DNA from: Cyanobium sp.
GTDB taxonomy: Bacteria > Cyanobacteriota > Cyanobacteriia > PCC-6307 > Cyanobiaceae
Reading direction: 5' to 3'
Assembly: GCA_007135755.1 (NCBI GenBank)
Contig: SLIG01000007.1
Span: forward strand, 17,466 to 81,465
DNA length: 64,000 nt
The notes under the pieces are model-generated. The model had not been told where the DNA came from, made no database searches, and saw only the letters and a program-made list of their open reading frames with translations. This document shows, one piece after another, positions 31,017 to 42,648 of the stretch (position 1 is the stretch's first letter; the number at the start of each line of letters is the position of its first letter). The translations under genes and the position numbers were made by a program.

Positions 31017-32720
31017 ATGCGCCTCGCCCTGGCCCAGCTCAACCCGGTGGTGGGAGACCTGGCCGGCAACACCGCGCGCATCCTCAACGCCTGCCGTCAG
31101 GCCCACGGCATGGAGGCGGGGCTGGTGCTCACCCCCGAGCTCTCCCTGTGGGGCTACCCCCCCCGGGACCTGCTGCTGCTGCCGGCCCGTCTGCAGGAGC
31201 AGCAGCAGGCCCTGGGCCGGCTGACCCGCCAACTGGCCCTGGAGTGCCCCGGACTGGGGGTGCTGGTGGGTCTGGCCGAGCCCAGCGGCGATGCCCAGCT
31301 GCCCAACCTGCACAACGCCATCGCCCTGGTGCAGGACGGCCAGTGGCGGGTGGTGGCGCGGAAACAGCTGCTGCCCAGCTACGACGTCTTCGACGAGCGC
31401 CGTTACTTCCGCCCCGCCACCGCCCCGGCGGTGCTGGAGCTGCCCTGGGAGGGACGCAGCCTGCGCCTGGGCCTCACCATCTGCGAGGACCTCTGGGTGG
31501 AGGAGGAGCTGCTCGGCCAGCGGCTGGCAGGCCCCGATCCGGTGGCGGCCCTGGCCAACCAGGGCATCGACCTGCTGGTGAACCTCTCGGCGTCGCCCTT
31601 CGGCCAGGGCAAGCTGGCCCTGCGCCAGCAGCTGGCCGCTCAGGCTGCCCAACGCCTCGACTGCCCGGTGGTGTACGTGAACCAGGTGGGGGGCAACGAT
31701 GAGCTGGTGTTCGATGGCGCCAGTTTCGTGGTGGATGGCAGCGGCGCCGTGGTGGCCCGGATGCCCTGCTGCGCCGAAGCCCTGCAGCTGTGGCCGCTGG
31801 CCGCTGACGAGACAGCCCCTGCGGCCCGCTCCCTGCCGCCGCCCCAACCCCTGGAGCAGCTGCTGCTGGCCCTGGTGCTGGGGGTGCGCGACTACGTCAG
31901 CAAATGCGGCTTCCAGCGGGCCCTGCTGGGCCTCAGCGGCGGCATCGACTCGGCCCTGGTGGCCGTGATCGCCGCCGCGGCCCTGGGCGCCGATCAGCTG
32001 CTGGCCCTGCTGATGCCCTCCCCCTGGAGTTCGGAGGGCTCGATCCACGACGCCGAGGCCCTGGCCCAGCGCCTCGGCCTGGCCACCCATACCGTGCCGA
32101 TCAGCGCCCTGATGGGCGGCTTCGACGCCGCCCTCAGCCCCGCCCTGGGCCAGCCGCCCGAGGGGCTCACGGCGGAGAACCTGCAGTCGCGCATCCGCGG
32201 CACCCTGTTGATGGCCATGGCCAACCAGCAGGGCCGGCTGCTGCTCTCCACCGGTAACAAGTCGGAGCTGGCGGTGGGGTACTGCACCCTCTACGGCGAC
32301 ATGAACGGCGGCCTGGCGGTGATCGGCGACCTCTACAAAACAACCGTGTTCCGGCTGTGTGCCTGGCTGGACAGCCCGGACTCCCGCTCCTGCCGGAACG
32401 CCCTGGGGCTGCCGGCCGAGGGGGAGCTGATCGGTGCCGCCATCCGGCTCAAACCCCCCAGCGCCGAACTGCAACCCAACCAGCGCGACAGCGACTCCCT
32501 GCCGGACTATGCCCTACTCGATCCGGTGCTGAAGGCCTTGGTGGAACGTCGCCACAGCCCTGAGCAACTGGCGGCTGAGGGCACCGACCCCCAGCTGGCC
32601 CAGCGGGTCATGGCCCTGCTGCAACGGGCCGAGTTCAAGCGCCGCCAGGCGGCGCCGGTGCTCAAGGTGAGCAGCCAGGCCTTCGGCAGCGGCTGGCGCA
32701 TGCCGATCGCCGCCGTCTGA
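31017..32720 (+). CDS. nadE: Glutamine-dependent NAD+ synthetase
   Basis: 567 aa. N-terminal nitrilase-like domain (MRLALAQLNPVVGD, ICEDLW) plus a synthetase domain with LGLSGGIDSALV. Confidence 0.9.
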   Translation: MRLALAQLNPVVGDLAGNTARILNACRQAHGMEAGLVLTPELSLWGYPPRDLLLLPARLQEQQQALGRLTRQLALECPGLGVLVGLAEPSGDAQLPNLHNAIALVQDGQWRVVARKQLLPSYDVFDERRYFRPATAPAVLELPWEGRSLRLGLTICEDLWVEEELLGQRLAGPDPVAALANQGIDLLVNLSASPFGQGKLALRQQLAAQAAQRLDCPVVYVNQVGGNDELVFDGASFVVDGSGAVVARMPCCAEALQLWPLAADETAPAARSLPPPQPLEQLLLALVLGVRDYVSKCGFQRALLGLSGGIDSALVAVIAAAALGADQLLALLMPSPWSSEGSIHDAEALAQRLGLATHTVPISALMGGFDAALSPALGQPPEGLTAENLQSRIRGTLLMAMANQQGRLLLSTGNKSELAVGYCTLYGDMNGGLAVIGDLYKTTVFRLCAWLDSPDSRSCRNALGLPAEGELIGAAIRLKPPSAELQPNQRDSDSLPDYALLDPVLKALVERRHSPEQLAAEGTDPQLAQRVMALLQRAEFKRRQAAPVLKVSSQAFGSGWRMPIAAV

Positions 32721-32780
32721 GCCAGGCTTGGGAGCACTTGTCCCGGCTTGATGGCAGCCTCGCCCACCCTCTCTGCCCCG

Positions 32781-33893
32781 ATGGCCAGCATCGGCGTGCC
32801 CACGGAAATCAAGCGCGACGAGCGCCGCGTGGCCCTCACCCCCGATGGGGTGCGGGAGTTGGTGGGCCAGGGCATGGAGGTACGGGTGCAGGCCGGCGCC
32901 GGCCTGGGGGCCGGCATCGACGACCGGGACTTCGCCGAGGCCGGCGCCCGGCTGGTGAGCCGTGAAGAAGCCTGGGCCGCCCATCTGGTGGTGAAGGTGA
33001 AGGAACCTCAGCCCGAGGAGTTCACCTACCTGCGCTCCGATCTGGTGCTGTTCACCTACCTGCACCTGGCGGCCTATCCCGATGTGGGCCGGGCCCTGCT
33101 GGAGGCCGGCACCACCGCCATGGCCTACGAAACCGTGCAGCTGGAGGACGGCAGCCTGCCGCTGCTGGCGCCGATGAGCGAGATCGCCGGACGGCTGGCT
33201 GCCCAGGTGGGAGCCCATCTGCTCGAACGGCCCCATGGCGGGCGGGGCGTGCTGATCGGCGGCTGCACGGGCGTGCGTCCGGCGCGTGTGGTGGTGCTTG
33301 GTGCCGGCACCGTGGGCTGGAACGCCGCCCGGATCGCCGCCGCCATGGATGCGGAGGTGTTCCTGCTCGACCGCTCCCCCCAGCGCCTGCGCGAACGGGA
33401 GGCCGAGCGCCGCGGCCGGCTGGTGAGCCTGGTGAGCAGCCGCAGCCTGGTGGAGCGGCTGGTGCCGGCCGCCGACCTGGTGATCGGCGCCGTGCTCACC
33501 CCCGGCGGCCGCGCTCCCACCCTGGTGGACGAGGCCCTCGTGGAGCGCATGAAACCCGGTTCGGTGATCGTGGATGTGGCCATCGACCAGGGCGGCTGCA
33601 TCGCCACCAGCCGCGAAACCACCCACACCGATCCAGTGCACACGCTCCATGGGGTGCTGCACTACGCGGTGGGCAACATGCCCGGCGCCGTGCCCTTCAC
33701 CTCCACCGAAGCGCTGGTGAGCGTCACCCTCCCCTACATCCTGGTGATGGCCGGCCGCGGGCTGGCGGAGGCTGTCACCGACCGACCCGAATTGCTCTCC
33801 GGTCTGAACACCGCCGCCGGGGCGGTGTGCCATCCCGGCGTGGCCCGCGCCCTGGGGGTGGCCACCCGCCATCCGATGGCCTGCCTGCGCTGA
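32781..33893 (+). CDS. ald: Alanine dehydrogenase
   Basis: [22 protein letters not shown]-terminus and NAD motif [14 protein letters not shown]. Confidence 0.9.
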   Translation: MASIGVPTEIKRDERRVALTPDGVRELVGQGMEVRVQAGAGLGAGIDDRDFAEAGARLVSREEAWAAHLVVKVKEPQPEEFTYLRSDLVLFTYLHLAAYPDVGRALLEAGTTAMAYETVQLEDGSLPLLAPMSEIAGRLAAQVGAHLLERPHGGRGVLIGGCTGVRPARVVVLGAGTVGWNAARIAAAMDAEVFLLDRSPQRLREREAERRGRLVSLVSSRSLVERLVPAADLVIGAVLTPGGRAPTLVDEALVERMKPGSVIVDVAIDQGGCIATSRETTHTDPVHTLHGVLHYAVGNMPGAVPFTSTEALVSVTLPYILVMAGRGLAEAVTDRPELLSGLNTAAGAVCHPGVARALGVATRHPMACLR

Positions 33894-33904
33894 GGGACCG
33901 GGCC

Positions 33905-34342
33905 GTGCTCAACCCCGCCCGCATCCGCATCCTGGCCGTGGGCAGGGTGCGCAAGAGCTGGATCCGCGAGGGTGTGGAGCTCTACTGCAAGCGGCTGCCG
34001 GGCCTGTCGGTGGTGGAGATCCGCGACTCCAGCCCGGCTCGCGAAGCCGCAGCCATCGCCGCCGAACTGCGCGCCGATGAGCGGCTGGTGGCGCTGGCCG
34101 AAGAGGGGAACGCGCTGGGTTCGCGGGCCTTCGCCGATCGTCTGGGCCAGGGCGGCTCGGCCCGGCTGGCCTTCGCCATCGGCGGAGCCGATGGCCTGGC
34201 AGCGGAACTGAAGGCCCGCGCCAGCTGGCGCCTCAGCCTCTCGCCGATGACCTTCCCCCACGAACTGGCGCGCCTGTTGCTGCTGGAGCAGCTGTTCCGC
34301 GCCCAGGCGATCCTGCAGGGCAGCCCCTACCACCGGGGCTGA
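33905..34342 (+). CDS. rlmH: 23S rRNA (pseudouridine1915-N3)-methyltransferase
   Basis: GTG at 33905 gives [19 protein letters not shown]... and a C-terminal [19 protein letters not shown], typical of RlmH/SPOUT. Confidence 0.8.
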   Translation: MLNPARIRILAVGRVRKSWIREGVELYCKRLPGLSVVEIRDSSPAREAAAIAAELRADERLVALAEEGNALGSRAFADRLGQGGSARLAFAIGGADGLAAELKARASWRLSLSPMTFPHELARLLLLEQLFRAQAILQGSPYHRG

Positions 34343-34386
34343 GACAGCACCGGAGCTGGGCGATCACCGGAGCAGGTGCGGGCGGC

Positions 34387-35457
34387 TCAACCCTCCAGCG
34401 GCCTGATCGGCCTGGCCAGAGCAGCCGGGGCGATGCCCTCCCGCAGCGCCAGTACCAGCCCGGCGGCCTCGCCGTAGCTGGTCGCCGGCAGCACCGTGGC
34501 GCCGACCTCAGCCAGGGCCAGGGCCGCGGCGGTGACCTCCAGCACACAGGGATTGTCCACGGCGATCAGGGGCACCCCCCGCTCCACGCTGGCCAGCACC
34601 GCCTCGCCCCCGAGAGCGCCCGCCGGTGCCACCACCGCCCCGATCCGCTCAGCGCTGAGCAACGGCCCGTGAGCTGCGGCGACCTGGGCCGCTGGGGGCA
34701 GGGGCAGCAGATCCGGCGCTCGGCTCAGGCCCACCAGCACGCAGGGCAGAAAGGTGCTGCCCAGCTCCTCGCCGGCGGCCCGGGGATCGAGGCCGGGCTG
34801 CAGAGGCAACGGCCGCAGGGCCGGGGCGTGGGCGCAGGGCAGCAGCAGGTGACGGCTGAGCAGATGGCTGATCACCGCCTCGGCACCGGCCAGGACGTCC
34901 ACACCCGCCCCGTTGCGGTAGGCCGCCAGCGCCTCGCTGGCGGGATCCTCGGGGAACCGGGCCACCACCGCGATCGCCGTGGCCCCGGCGTCGCGCAGCC
35001 GTTCACCGGCCCGCAGCAGGGCGTCGGGCCGAGCCAGGCCCCCCCAGCTGGCGCCGCTGGGGCCCACCTCCAGCCGCACGCCAAGGGGGGCATCGGTCGT
35101 CACCACCGGGCCGATGTCCAGACCCAGGCTGGCCCGGCAGCCATCGGCCGCCTGCAGGTGGCGCAGACGCAGATCGTCATCGATGCCTGCGTCGAGCAGA
35201 AGACCAACGCGCTGACACCGCACCGGACGGAGATCGAGCTCTCCGGCAGCGAAGCGATCGAGAGCCCAGCCCTCCACGTAGTGAATGCGGGGGTCGCTCC
35301 AGTACAGGGCCGCCCCGTTCAGCACATTGGGATGGGTGATCAGACAGCCGCTGGAGGCCGCGAGGAGCCGGGCGGCCGGCAGGGCGTCACCGGCGAAGCC
35401 CCCGGTGGCACAGCCCACCCCGGTGGGCACCACCATCAGCGTGGGCAGAGCCGTCAT
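34387..35457 (-). CDS. DUF3326-like conserved cyanobacterial/plastid-lineage protein
   Basis: MTALPTLMVVPTGVGCATGGFAGDALPAARLLA...ITHPNVLNGA. Family assignment from memory. Its ATG overlaps the stop of the upstream small ORF (ATGA). Confidence 0.65.
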   Translation of the reverse strand: MTALPTLMVVPTGVGCATGGFAGDALPAARLLAASSGCLITHPNVLNGAALYWSDPRIHYVEGWALDRFAAGELDLRPVRCQRVGLLLDAGIDDDLRLRHLQAADGCRASLGLDIGPVVTTDAPLGVRLEVGPSGASWGGLARPDALLRAGERLRDAGATAIAVVARFPEDPASEALAAYRNGAGVDVLAGAEAVISHLLSRHLLLPCAHAPALRPLPLQPGLDPRAAGEELGSTFLPCVLVGLSRAPDLLPLPPAAQVAAAHGPLLSAERIGAVVAPAGALGGEAVLASVERGVPLIAVDNPCVLEVTAAALALAEVGATVLPATSYGEAAGLVLALREGIAPAALARPIRPLEG

Positions 35458-35654
35458 GGCGGCGGCGTGCACCCGATCGGCGGGGCGGAGCTCAGCACCA
35501 CCGACTCCAGGCACAGCTCCTCGCCCTGCACGGTAGTGATCGCCCAGCGCAGGGGCTCACCGTGGGGCGCCAGAGCTGCCCTGATCTGGGGCAGCAGGGG
35601 GCCCGGCCGGCGGCGAACGCGCAACGTCAGGGAGCGCAGAGCCAGTCTGCTCAA
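35454..35654 (-). CDS. Small hypothetical protein (about 66 aa), candidate only
   Basis: In-frame TTG 10 nt after the ferredoxin stop. Host-like codon usage. Its stop overlaps the DUF3326 ATG by 4 nt, which suggests translational coupling. Confidence 0.4.
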   Translation of the reverse strand: MSRLALRSLTLRVRRRPGPLLPQIRAALAPHGEPLRWAITTVQGEELCLESVVLSSAPPIGCTPPP

Positions 35655-35664
35655 GGCGATCCCG

Positions 35665-35988
35665 TCACTTCTGGAACTGCCCGAACTGGGCCTCATAGAG
35701 GGCGTCCTCCATGCCGGCCTGGAGTTTGAGATCACTGCGGGGATAGGCCACGCACAGCAGGGCATAGCCCTGCTGCTGAAGCTCCGCCTTCACCCCCATG
35801 GCATCGGGCTGGTGCACCGTGCCCTCGCTGAGCAGGGCCGCACAGGTGGTGCACACGCCGGAGCAGCAGGAACTGGGCAGGGGAACCCCGGCCTCTTCGG
35901 CCGCCGCCAGCACCGTCTGGTCGTCGCGACAGGAAAAGGTGTGGGTGGTGCCATCCAGGCTGGCCACGACGGTGAAGCTGGCACTCAT
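35665..35988 (-). CDS. Plant-type [2Fe-2S] ferredoxin paralogue
   Basis: 107 aa from the ATG at 35988. Cys pattern SSCCSGVCTTCAALL ... LLCVAYPRSD (CX4CX2C...C). Confidence 0.8.
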   Translation of the reverse strand: MSASFTVVASLDGTTHTFSCRDDQTVLAAAEEAGVPLPSSCCSGVCTTCAALLSEGTVHQPDAMGVKAELQQQGYALLCVAYPRSDLKLQAGMEDALYEAQFGQFQK

Positions 35989-36026
35989 GGTGGGATTACG
36001 GATCGAGCGGGGGCGCGGCGGCTGCT

Positions 36027-36776
36027 TCAGGCCGGCGGCTGTCCATCTTCGGTGATCGCCTGCCACTGGCTGGGGTGGGGGGCGAGGTATTCCGGTGGGG
36101 CCTGGCCCGCGGGCAGCGGCGCTGCCGTGAGCACCAGATCCATGCTCAACGAGCAGCGCAGCGACTCCGGATCCCCATTGGGCAGGACGGCGTGATCGAT
36201 GCAGGCCGGAAACACCAGCAGCAGCCCGGCGCGGGGGGCCACGTCGAGCCAGGGCCGTGTCCAGGACGTGGGAGTCAGGGGCCCACCGTGGCCGACAGCA
36301 AACCCCGGCACCAATTCATTGGCCTGCCGAAGAGGCCACAGCCTCAGCGACCCACAACGGCCGCTGCCGTCACCGCTGAGGTAGTAGATCGCCGTGAGAT
36401 GGGCATTGGGGTGGTGGTGCCGGCCCACCTCCTGTCCTGGCTCGCTGAGCACCGGCCAGCAGCGCTGCAGGTGCAGGCTGATCCGGCGGCGATCGAACCC
36501 AAGCTGGTCAAGGTAGGTGCGGATGTGACCGGTGAGCTCAGCGATCAGCGGCGCGAAGGTGGGGTGGCGGTGGAGCTGCCACACCCCGTTGAGGTCACCA
36601 GTCCAGGCGCAGCCAGGCTCAGGGTTGCCCTCCGCCTCCCCGCGCAGCTCGTGCAGCTGCTGCAGCTGAGCGGCCAGATCCAGAGGGTCGGGACGGCATT
36701 GGACCCGGCCCAGGGCCAGCGGGAAGAAGCCCTCGATCTCGAGAGCACCCGCTGCTCCGGGCGGTGGCGTTGCCAT
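36027..36776 (-). CDS. Putative 2OG-Fe(II) oxygenase-like protein (TIGR02466-type conserved hypothetical)
   Basis: 249 aa. HHHPNAHLTAIYYLSGDG...GSLRLW and ...VFPACIDHAVLPN resemble the 2OG-FeII_Oxy_5 family as I recall it. Confidence 0.55.
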   Translation of the reverse strand: MATPPPGAAGALEIEGFFPLALGRVQCRPDPLDLAAQLQQLHELRGEAEGNPEPGCAWTGDLNGVWQLHRHPTFAPLIAELTGHIRTYLDQLGFDRRRISLHLQRCWPVLSEPGQEVGRHHHPNAHLTAIYYLSGDGSGRCGSLRLWPLRQANELVPGFAVGHGGPLTPTSWTRPWLDVAPRAGLLLVFPACIDHAVLPNGDPESLRCSLSMDLVLTAAPLPAGQAPPEYLAPHPSQWQAITEDGQPPA

Positions 36777-36786
36777 CCGGCAACCG

Positions 36787-37740
36787 TCAGGCCATGGCGG
36801 CGGAACCACCCACCACTTCCAGAATTTCCTGGGTGATGGCGGCCTGACGGGCCTTGTTGTAATCGAGCGTGAGGCTCTTGGCCAACGCCTTGGCGTTGTC
36901 GCTGGCGTTGTTCATGGCCGTCATCCGGCTGGCGAGCTCGGAAGCGGCGGCCTCCTGCAGGGAGCGCAGCAGTTGATTCTGCACATAGAGCGGCAGCAGC
37001 GCATCCAGCAGTTGGTCGGGATCCTGCTCGAAGACAATGTCGGCCGGCAGGTTGGGTTCGGGGTTGGGCTCGCTGCCGGTCTCCACCACCAAACGACCCT
37101 CGCGGGTGGTGAGGCGGAAGATTTCGTCCTCCGGAGTGGCAATGCCCTGGGGATCGAGAGGCAGGAGGGTCTGGATCACAGGCCGGGAGCTCACCAGATT
37201 GATGAACTTGGTGAAGATCATTTCCACCCGATCACAGGACCCCGACAGAAATTCCGCCAGCACCTCGTTGGCGATCGCGCCCGCCTCTTCGGCGTTGGGC
37301 ACCTGCTCCAGGCCCATGAACTTGGCGCGGATGGTGTAGGTGTCGGAGCGGTTCTGGAAATAGGTGATGGCCTTGCGGCCGATCAACACCAGATCCACCT
37401 TGAACCCCTGGCCGCTGAGCTCGGCGTAACGCTGTTCGGTGCGCTTGATGATGTTGGCGTTGTAGCCGCCACAGAGGCCGCGATCACCAGTCACCGCCAG
37501 CAGGGTGATGCACTCCACGGGGTGGTCGCGGAAGAGGGGCACGTCCACATCGGCAAAACCGATGCGCGACTGCAGGGTTTCCAGTACCCGAGCCAGGCGG
37601 TCGGCAAACGGACGACTGCGCAGCACCTGCTCCTGGGCGCGGCGGACCTTGGCGGCCGCCACAAGGCGCATGGCCTCGGTGATCTTGCGGGTGTTCTTGA
37701 CCGAACTGATGCGGTCGCGGATTTCCTTGAGATTAGCCAT
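36787..37740 (-). CDS. atpG: ATP synthase F1 gamma subunit
   Basis: [37 protein letters not shown] is canonical gamma. Confidence 0.95.
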   Translation of the reverse strand: MANLKEIRDRISSVKNTRKITEAMRLVAAAKVRRAQEQVLRSRPFADRLARVLETLQSRIGFADVDVPLFRDHPVECITLLAVTGDRGLCGGYNANIIKRTEQRYAELSGQGFKVDLVLIGRKAITYFQNRSDTYTIRAKFMGLEQVPNAEEAGAIANEVLAEFLSGSCDRVEMIFTKFINLVSSRPVIQTLLPLDPQGIATPEDEIFRLTTREGRLVVETGSEPNPEPNLPADIVFEQDPDQLLDALLPLYVQNQLLRSLQEAAASELASRMTAMNNASDNAKALAKSLTLDYNKARQAAITQEILEVVGGSAAMA

Positions 37741-37753
37741 CGGCTGAACTCCC

Positions 37754-39364
<1,611 letters not shown>

Positions 39365-39913
39365 CTAGCTGACCTTGGCCAGGGCCAGACCCAGGCGCCT
39401 GACCTGACCGGACAGGCTGGCATCAATGACCTCTGAGCCCATGCTGACGATGAACCCACCAATCAGGGAAGGGTCGACAGCGAGATCGAACTCCACGGAC
39501 TTGCTGCCCGCGATGGCACGCACCCGCTCGTTGAGGGCGCTCTGCTGGTCCTCGCTCAGGGGGGTAGCGGAGGTTACCCGGGCCAGGGTGATGTCACGCA
39601 ACTGCCGGTAGAGCTCGAGGAAGCGCTGCAGTACAGACTCGATGACACCGGTGCGCTGGCGGTCGGCCAGCAGCTTGAGCAGATTCTGAAGCGAGGGGGT
39701 GAGCTGCTCGCCGAAGAGCGCCATCAGCGCTTGCTTTTTGGCCTCCGGCTCCAGCACCGGTGAGGCCATGGCCGCACGCAACGGGGGAGCGGACTCCCAG
39801 ATGGCCAGAAGGTCCCTGGCCTGCTGAGCCACGGTATCGGTTTCCTGGCGCGCCTCGGTGACCTGCAGCAGGGCCTCGGCGTAGGGGGTGGCGATGGTGT
39901 TGAGCAGAGGCAT
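39365..39913 (-). CDS. atpH: ATP synthase F1 delta subunit (OSCP)
   Basis: 182 aa. MPLLNTIATPYAEALLQV N-terminus. Position between b and alpha. Confidence 0.88.
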   Translation of the reverse strand: MPLLNTIATPYAEALLQVTEARQETDTVAQQARDLLAIWESAPPLRAAMASPVLEPEAKKQALMALFGEQLTPSLQNLLKLLADRQRTGVIESVLQRFLELYRQLRDITLARVTSATPLSEDQQSALNERVRAIAGSKSVEFDLAVDPSLIGGFIVSMGSEVIDASLSGQVRRLGLALAKVS

Positions 39914-40443
39914 CAGGAATTCCCCAGCGTCTGGATGGACTGATCGATCAGACGGGCCTGGGCCGCGTCATCCAGCTTCGTGGGCAGGGTGGTGAGGGCC
40001 TGCTCGATGGCCTGGCGTGCGGCTTCACGGCGGAGCAGGGCCGTGACTCTGGCGGCCTCCGCCTGCAGATCTGCGCTGGCGTCTTCCTTCATCCGGGCCA
40101 TCTCCTCGATGGTGCGCTGTTCGCTCTCGGAGCGGACAGCCTGGGCACGAGCCTGTCCGTCGATACGGATCTGATCGGCCTTCTGCTGGGCCGCAGCCAG
40201 GTCGTGCTGGGCCTGCGCCAGGGCACTGGTGGCGGCCTGCAGACGTTGTTCGGCATCGCTGAGCTCGGCCAGGATGGCCTGGCGGCGTCGCTCGAGAATG
40301 CCGCCCAGGAAACCCCTGAGGAACCAGACCAGAACACCGATCACGATGACCAGGTTGATCAGATTGGTCTCGAACAGGTTGAGGTTGAGGCCAAAGCCAC
40401 CGTGGTGGGCCAGCAGGGTGGGGGTGGGGATGGAGAGGCTCAT
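39913..40443 (-). CDS. atpF: ATP synthase F0 subunit b
   Basis: One N-terminal TM then a long Ala/Glu/Gln-rich helix. Start and stop overlap the neighbouring genes. Confidence 0.85.
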   Translation of the reverse strand: MSLSIPTPTLLAHHGGFGLNLNLFETNLINLVIVIGVLVWFLRGFLGGILERRRQAILAELSDAEQRLQAATSALAQAQHDLAAAQQKADQIRIDGQARAQAVRSESEQRTIEEMARMKEDASADLQAEAARVTALLRREAARQAIEQALTTLPTKLDDAAQARLIDQSIQTLGNS

Positions 40444-40934
40444 CAGGCTGGAAGCAGGCGGTCGACAATCAGGCGGCCGAGGCCGTCGGCCTCTTTGCGG
40501 AGCGCACCGAGAGCCTGGTTCTTTTCCGCTTCAATCACACTGCGGGCCTTTTCCCGCACTGCGATCGCCTCGGCCTGGGCTGCGGCCAGGGCCTCGCGGT
40601 AGAGCTTGTCCGACTCCTGCTCAGCCTCGAGTATCAGAGACTGGGCCGCCTGACGGGCTTCGCGGAGTTGCTCGGAGAGATCAGCGGCCAGCCGCTCGGC
40701 CTGGGCCAGCTTCTGCTTGGCCTCCGCTTTGCTGGTGGCGATGTAGCCCTCACGATCCTCCACGGCTCGACCGACGGGGCGGAAGAACAGGGCATTGAGG
40801 ATGAAGGTGAGGAGAACCACCTGCACCGCCATCAGCGGCAGGGTGGCGTCAAGGTCGAACAGACCTCCCTCCGGAGCGGCAGGCGCTGCGCCGGTGGCGG
40901 CAGCAGCTGTGGCGAGCAGAAGCCAGCTGGTCAT
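40443..40934 (-). CDS. ATP synthase F0 subunit b'
   Basis: ATG at 40934. [32 protein letters not shown] is typical of cyanobacterial b'. Confidence 0.85.
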   Translation of the reverse strand: MTSWLLLATAAAATGAAPAAPEGGLFDLDATLPLMAVQVVLLTFILNALFFRPVGRAVEDREGYIATSKAEAKQKLAQAERLAADLSEQLREARQAAQSLILEAEQESDKLYREALAAAQAEAIAVREKARSVIEAEKNQALGALRKEADGLGRLIVDRLLPA

Positions 40935-41006
40935 GGGGACGGGAACGCCGGGATGAAGGGTGAGCAATCACGAGGGGGCGGACGCAGCCGCCCCCGACGT
41001 GCGCGA

Positions 41007-41321
<315 letters not shown>

Positions 41322-41421
41322 TCAGGGAGCGGGCCCGGGGCAACCGGACCTGCGCGCGTTGAGTTTGCCAGATGGCCTGGCGGGGGCCGAAAGGGCGCAG
41401 CCAGGTGATGGCAGGCGTCGC

Positions 41422-42150
41422 TCAGTGCGATTCCTCGTGCACCGCCTCACCGATGTAGTTGGCGGCAAGCGTGGCGAAGATCAGGGCCTGGATGGCGCTG
41501 GTGAACAGACCGAGGAACATGGCCGGCAAGGGCACGATCACGGGCACCAGAAAAGCCAGCACCGCAACCACGAGTTCGTCAGCAAGGATGTTGCCGAACA
41601 GACGGAAGGAGAGGGACAGTGGCTTCGTGAAGTCTTCGATGATCTTGAACGGGAGCATGATCGGCGTGGGCTCCACGTAGTACTCGAAGTAGCGCAGGCC
41701 TTTGCGGCTCAAGCCGGCGTAGAAATAGGAAAGAGACACCAGCAGCGCCATGGCCACGGTGGTGTTGATGTCAGCCGTGGGTGCCCCGAGCTCTCCGTTG
41801 GGAAGTTCGACGATCTTCCACGGGATCAAGGCCCCGCCCCAGTTGCAGACAAAGATGAAGAGGAACAGAGTGCCGATGAAGGGAAGCCAGTCGCGATAAG
41901 CCTTTTCACCGATCTGTTCACGGGCCAGATCACGGATGTAGGTCCACAGATACTCCAGAAGGTTCTGCACACCGCGGGGATCCCGCTCCATCTTGCGGCT
42001 GCCCAGCACCACCAGCGCCAGCAGGGCACCAATCACAACCCAGGAGCTGAGGAACACCTGGCCGTGAACCCGGAGATTGCCGAGCTGCCAGTACAGCTGC
42101 TGACCCACCTCCAGTTCGGCGAACGGCAGCACAAGGGGCATGGGAACCAT
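41422..42150 (-). CDS. atpB: ATP synthase F0 subunit a
   Basis: 242 aa. ...[19 protein letters not shown]... is the conserved Arg-containing helix of subunit a. Confidence 0.93.
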   Translation of the reverse strand: MVPMPLVLPFAELEVGQQLYWQLGNLRVHGQVFLSSWVVIGALLALVVLGSRKMERDPRGVQNLLEYLWTYIRDLAREQIGEKAYRDWLPFIGTLFLFIFVCNWGGALIPWKIVELPNGELGAPTADINTTVAMALLVSLSYFYAGLSRKGLRYFEYYVEPTPIMLPFKIIEDFTKPLSLSFRLFGNILADELVVAVLAFLVPVIVPLPAMFLGLFTSAIQALIFATLAANYIGEAVHEESH

Positions 42151-42165
42151 GGTGAAGGGATTGGT

Positions 42166-42642
42166 TCAGGGGGCGATGAAGGCCTGCAGCAGCAGGGCCG
42201 GTTTGTAGAGCACGAAGCCAGCCAGGGCCGGCAGGATCTCGATCGCGGGAATCCTGGCGGCAGCCACCACGAGCAGGGCGGGCACCAGGATCTGGAACCG
42301 GCCGAGAGAGCGGGACTGAGGGCCGATACGGCCCACACTCCTTGCCAGCAGACGCAGGTAGAGCAGACCGCAGGCTCCTCCCAGAGCCAGACTGCGGGCG
42401 GCTTGGGCGCCGAACACAAGCCAGCAGATCAGGGAGGCCACCGCCGTCACCAGCAGCGTCGCCACCAGCAACCGACGTTGAAGCCTGGCGTAGTCGTCCA
42501 GGGGAGCGGAAGCAGCCGGAACCTCAGCGGGGGGAACCGCGTCGGCGATTGAGCCAGCCGGGACTGTGTCAGCTGGGATGACGGTGGTGGCGGAGGTGGA
42601 GGCCTGCAAGCGCCAGGCGCAGAAGCCCGCGCAACTTATCAC
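42166..42642 (-). CDS. ATP synthase protein I-like (atp1) membrane protein
   Basis: Hydrophobic C-terminal half immediately upstream of subunit a, as in cyanobacterial atp1 operons. Start uncertain. Confidence 0.6.
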   Translation of the reverse strand: MISCAGFCAWRLQASTSATTVIPADTVPAGSIADAVPPAEVPAASAPLDDYARLQRRLLVATLLVTAVASLICWLVFGAQAARSLALGGACGLLYLRLLARSVGRIGPQSRSLGRFQILVPALLVVAAARIPAIEILPALAGFVLYKPALLLQAFIAP

Positions 42643-42648
42643 GCAGCG

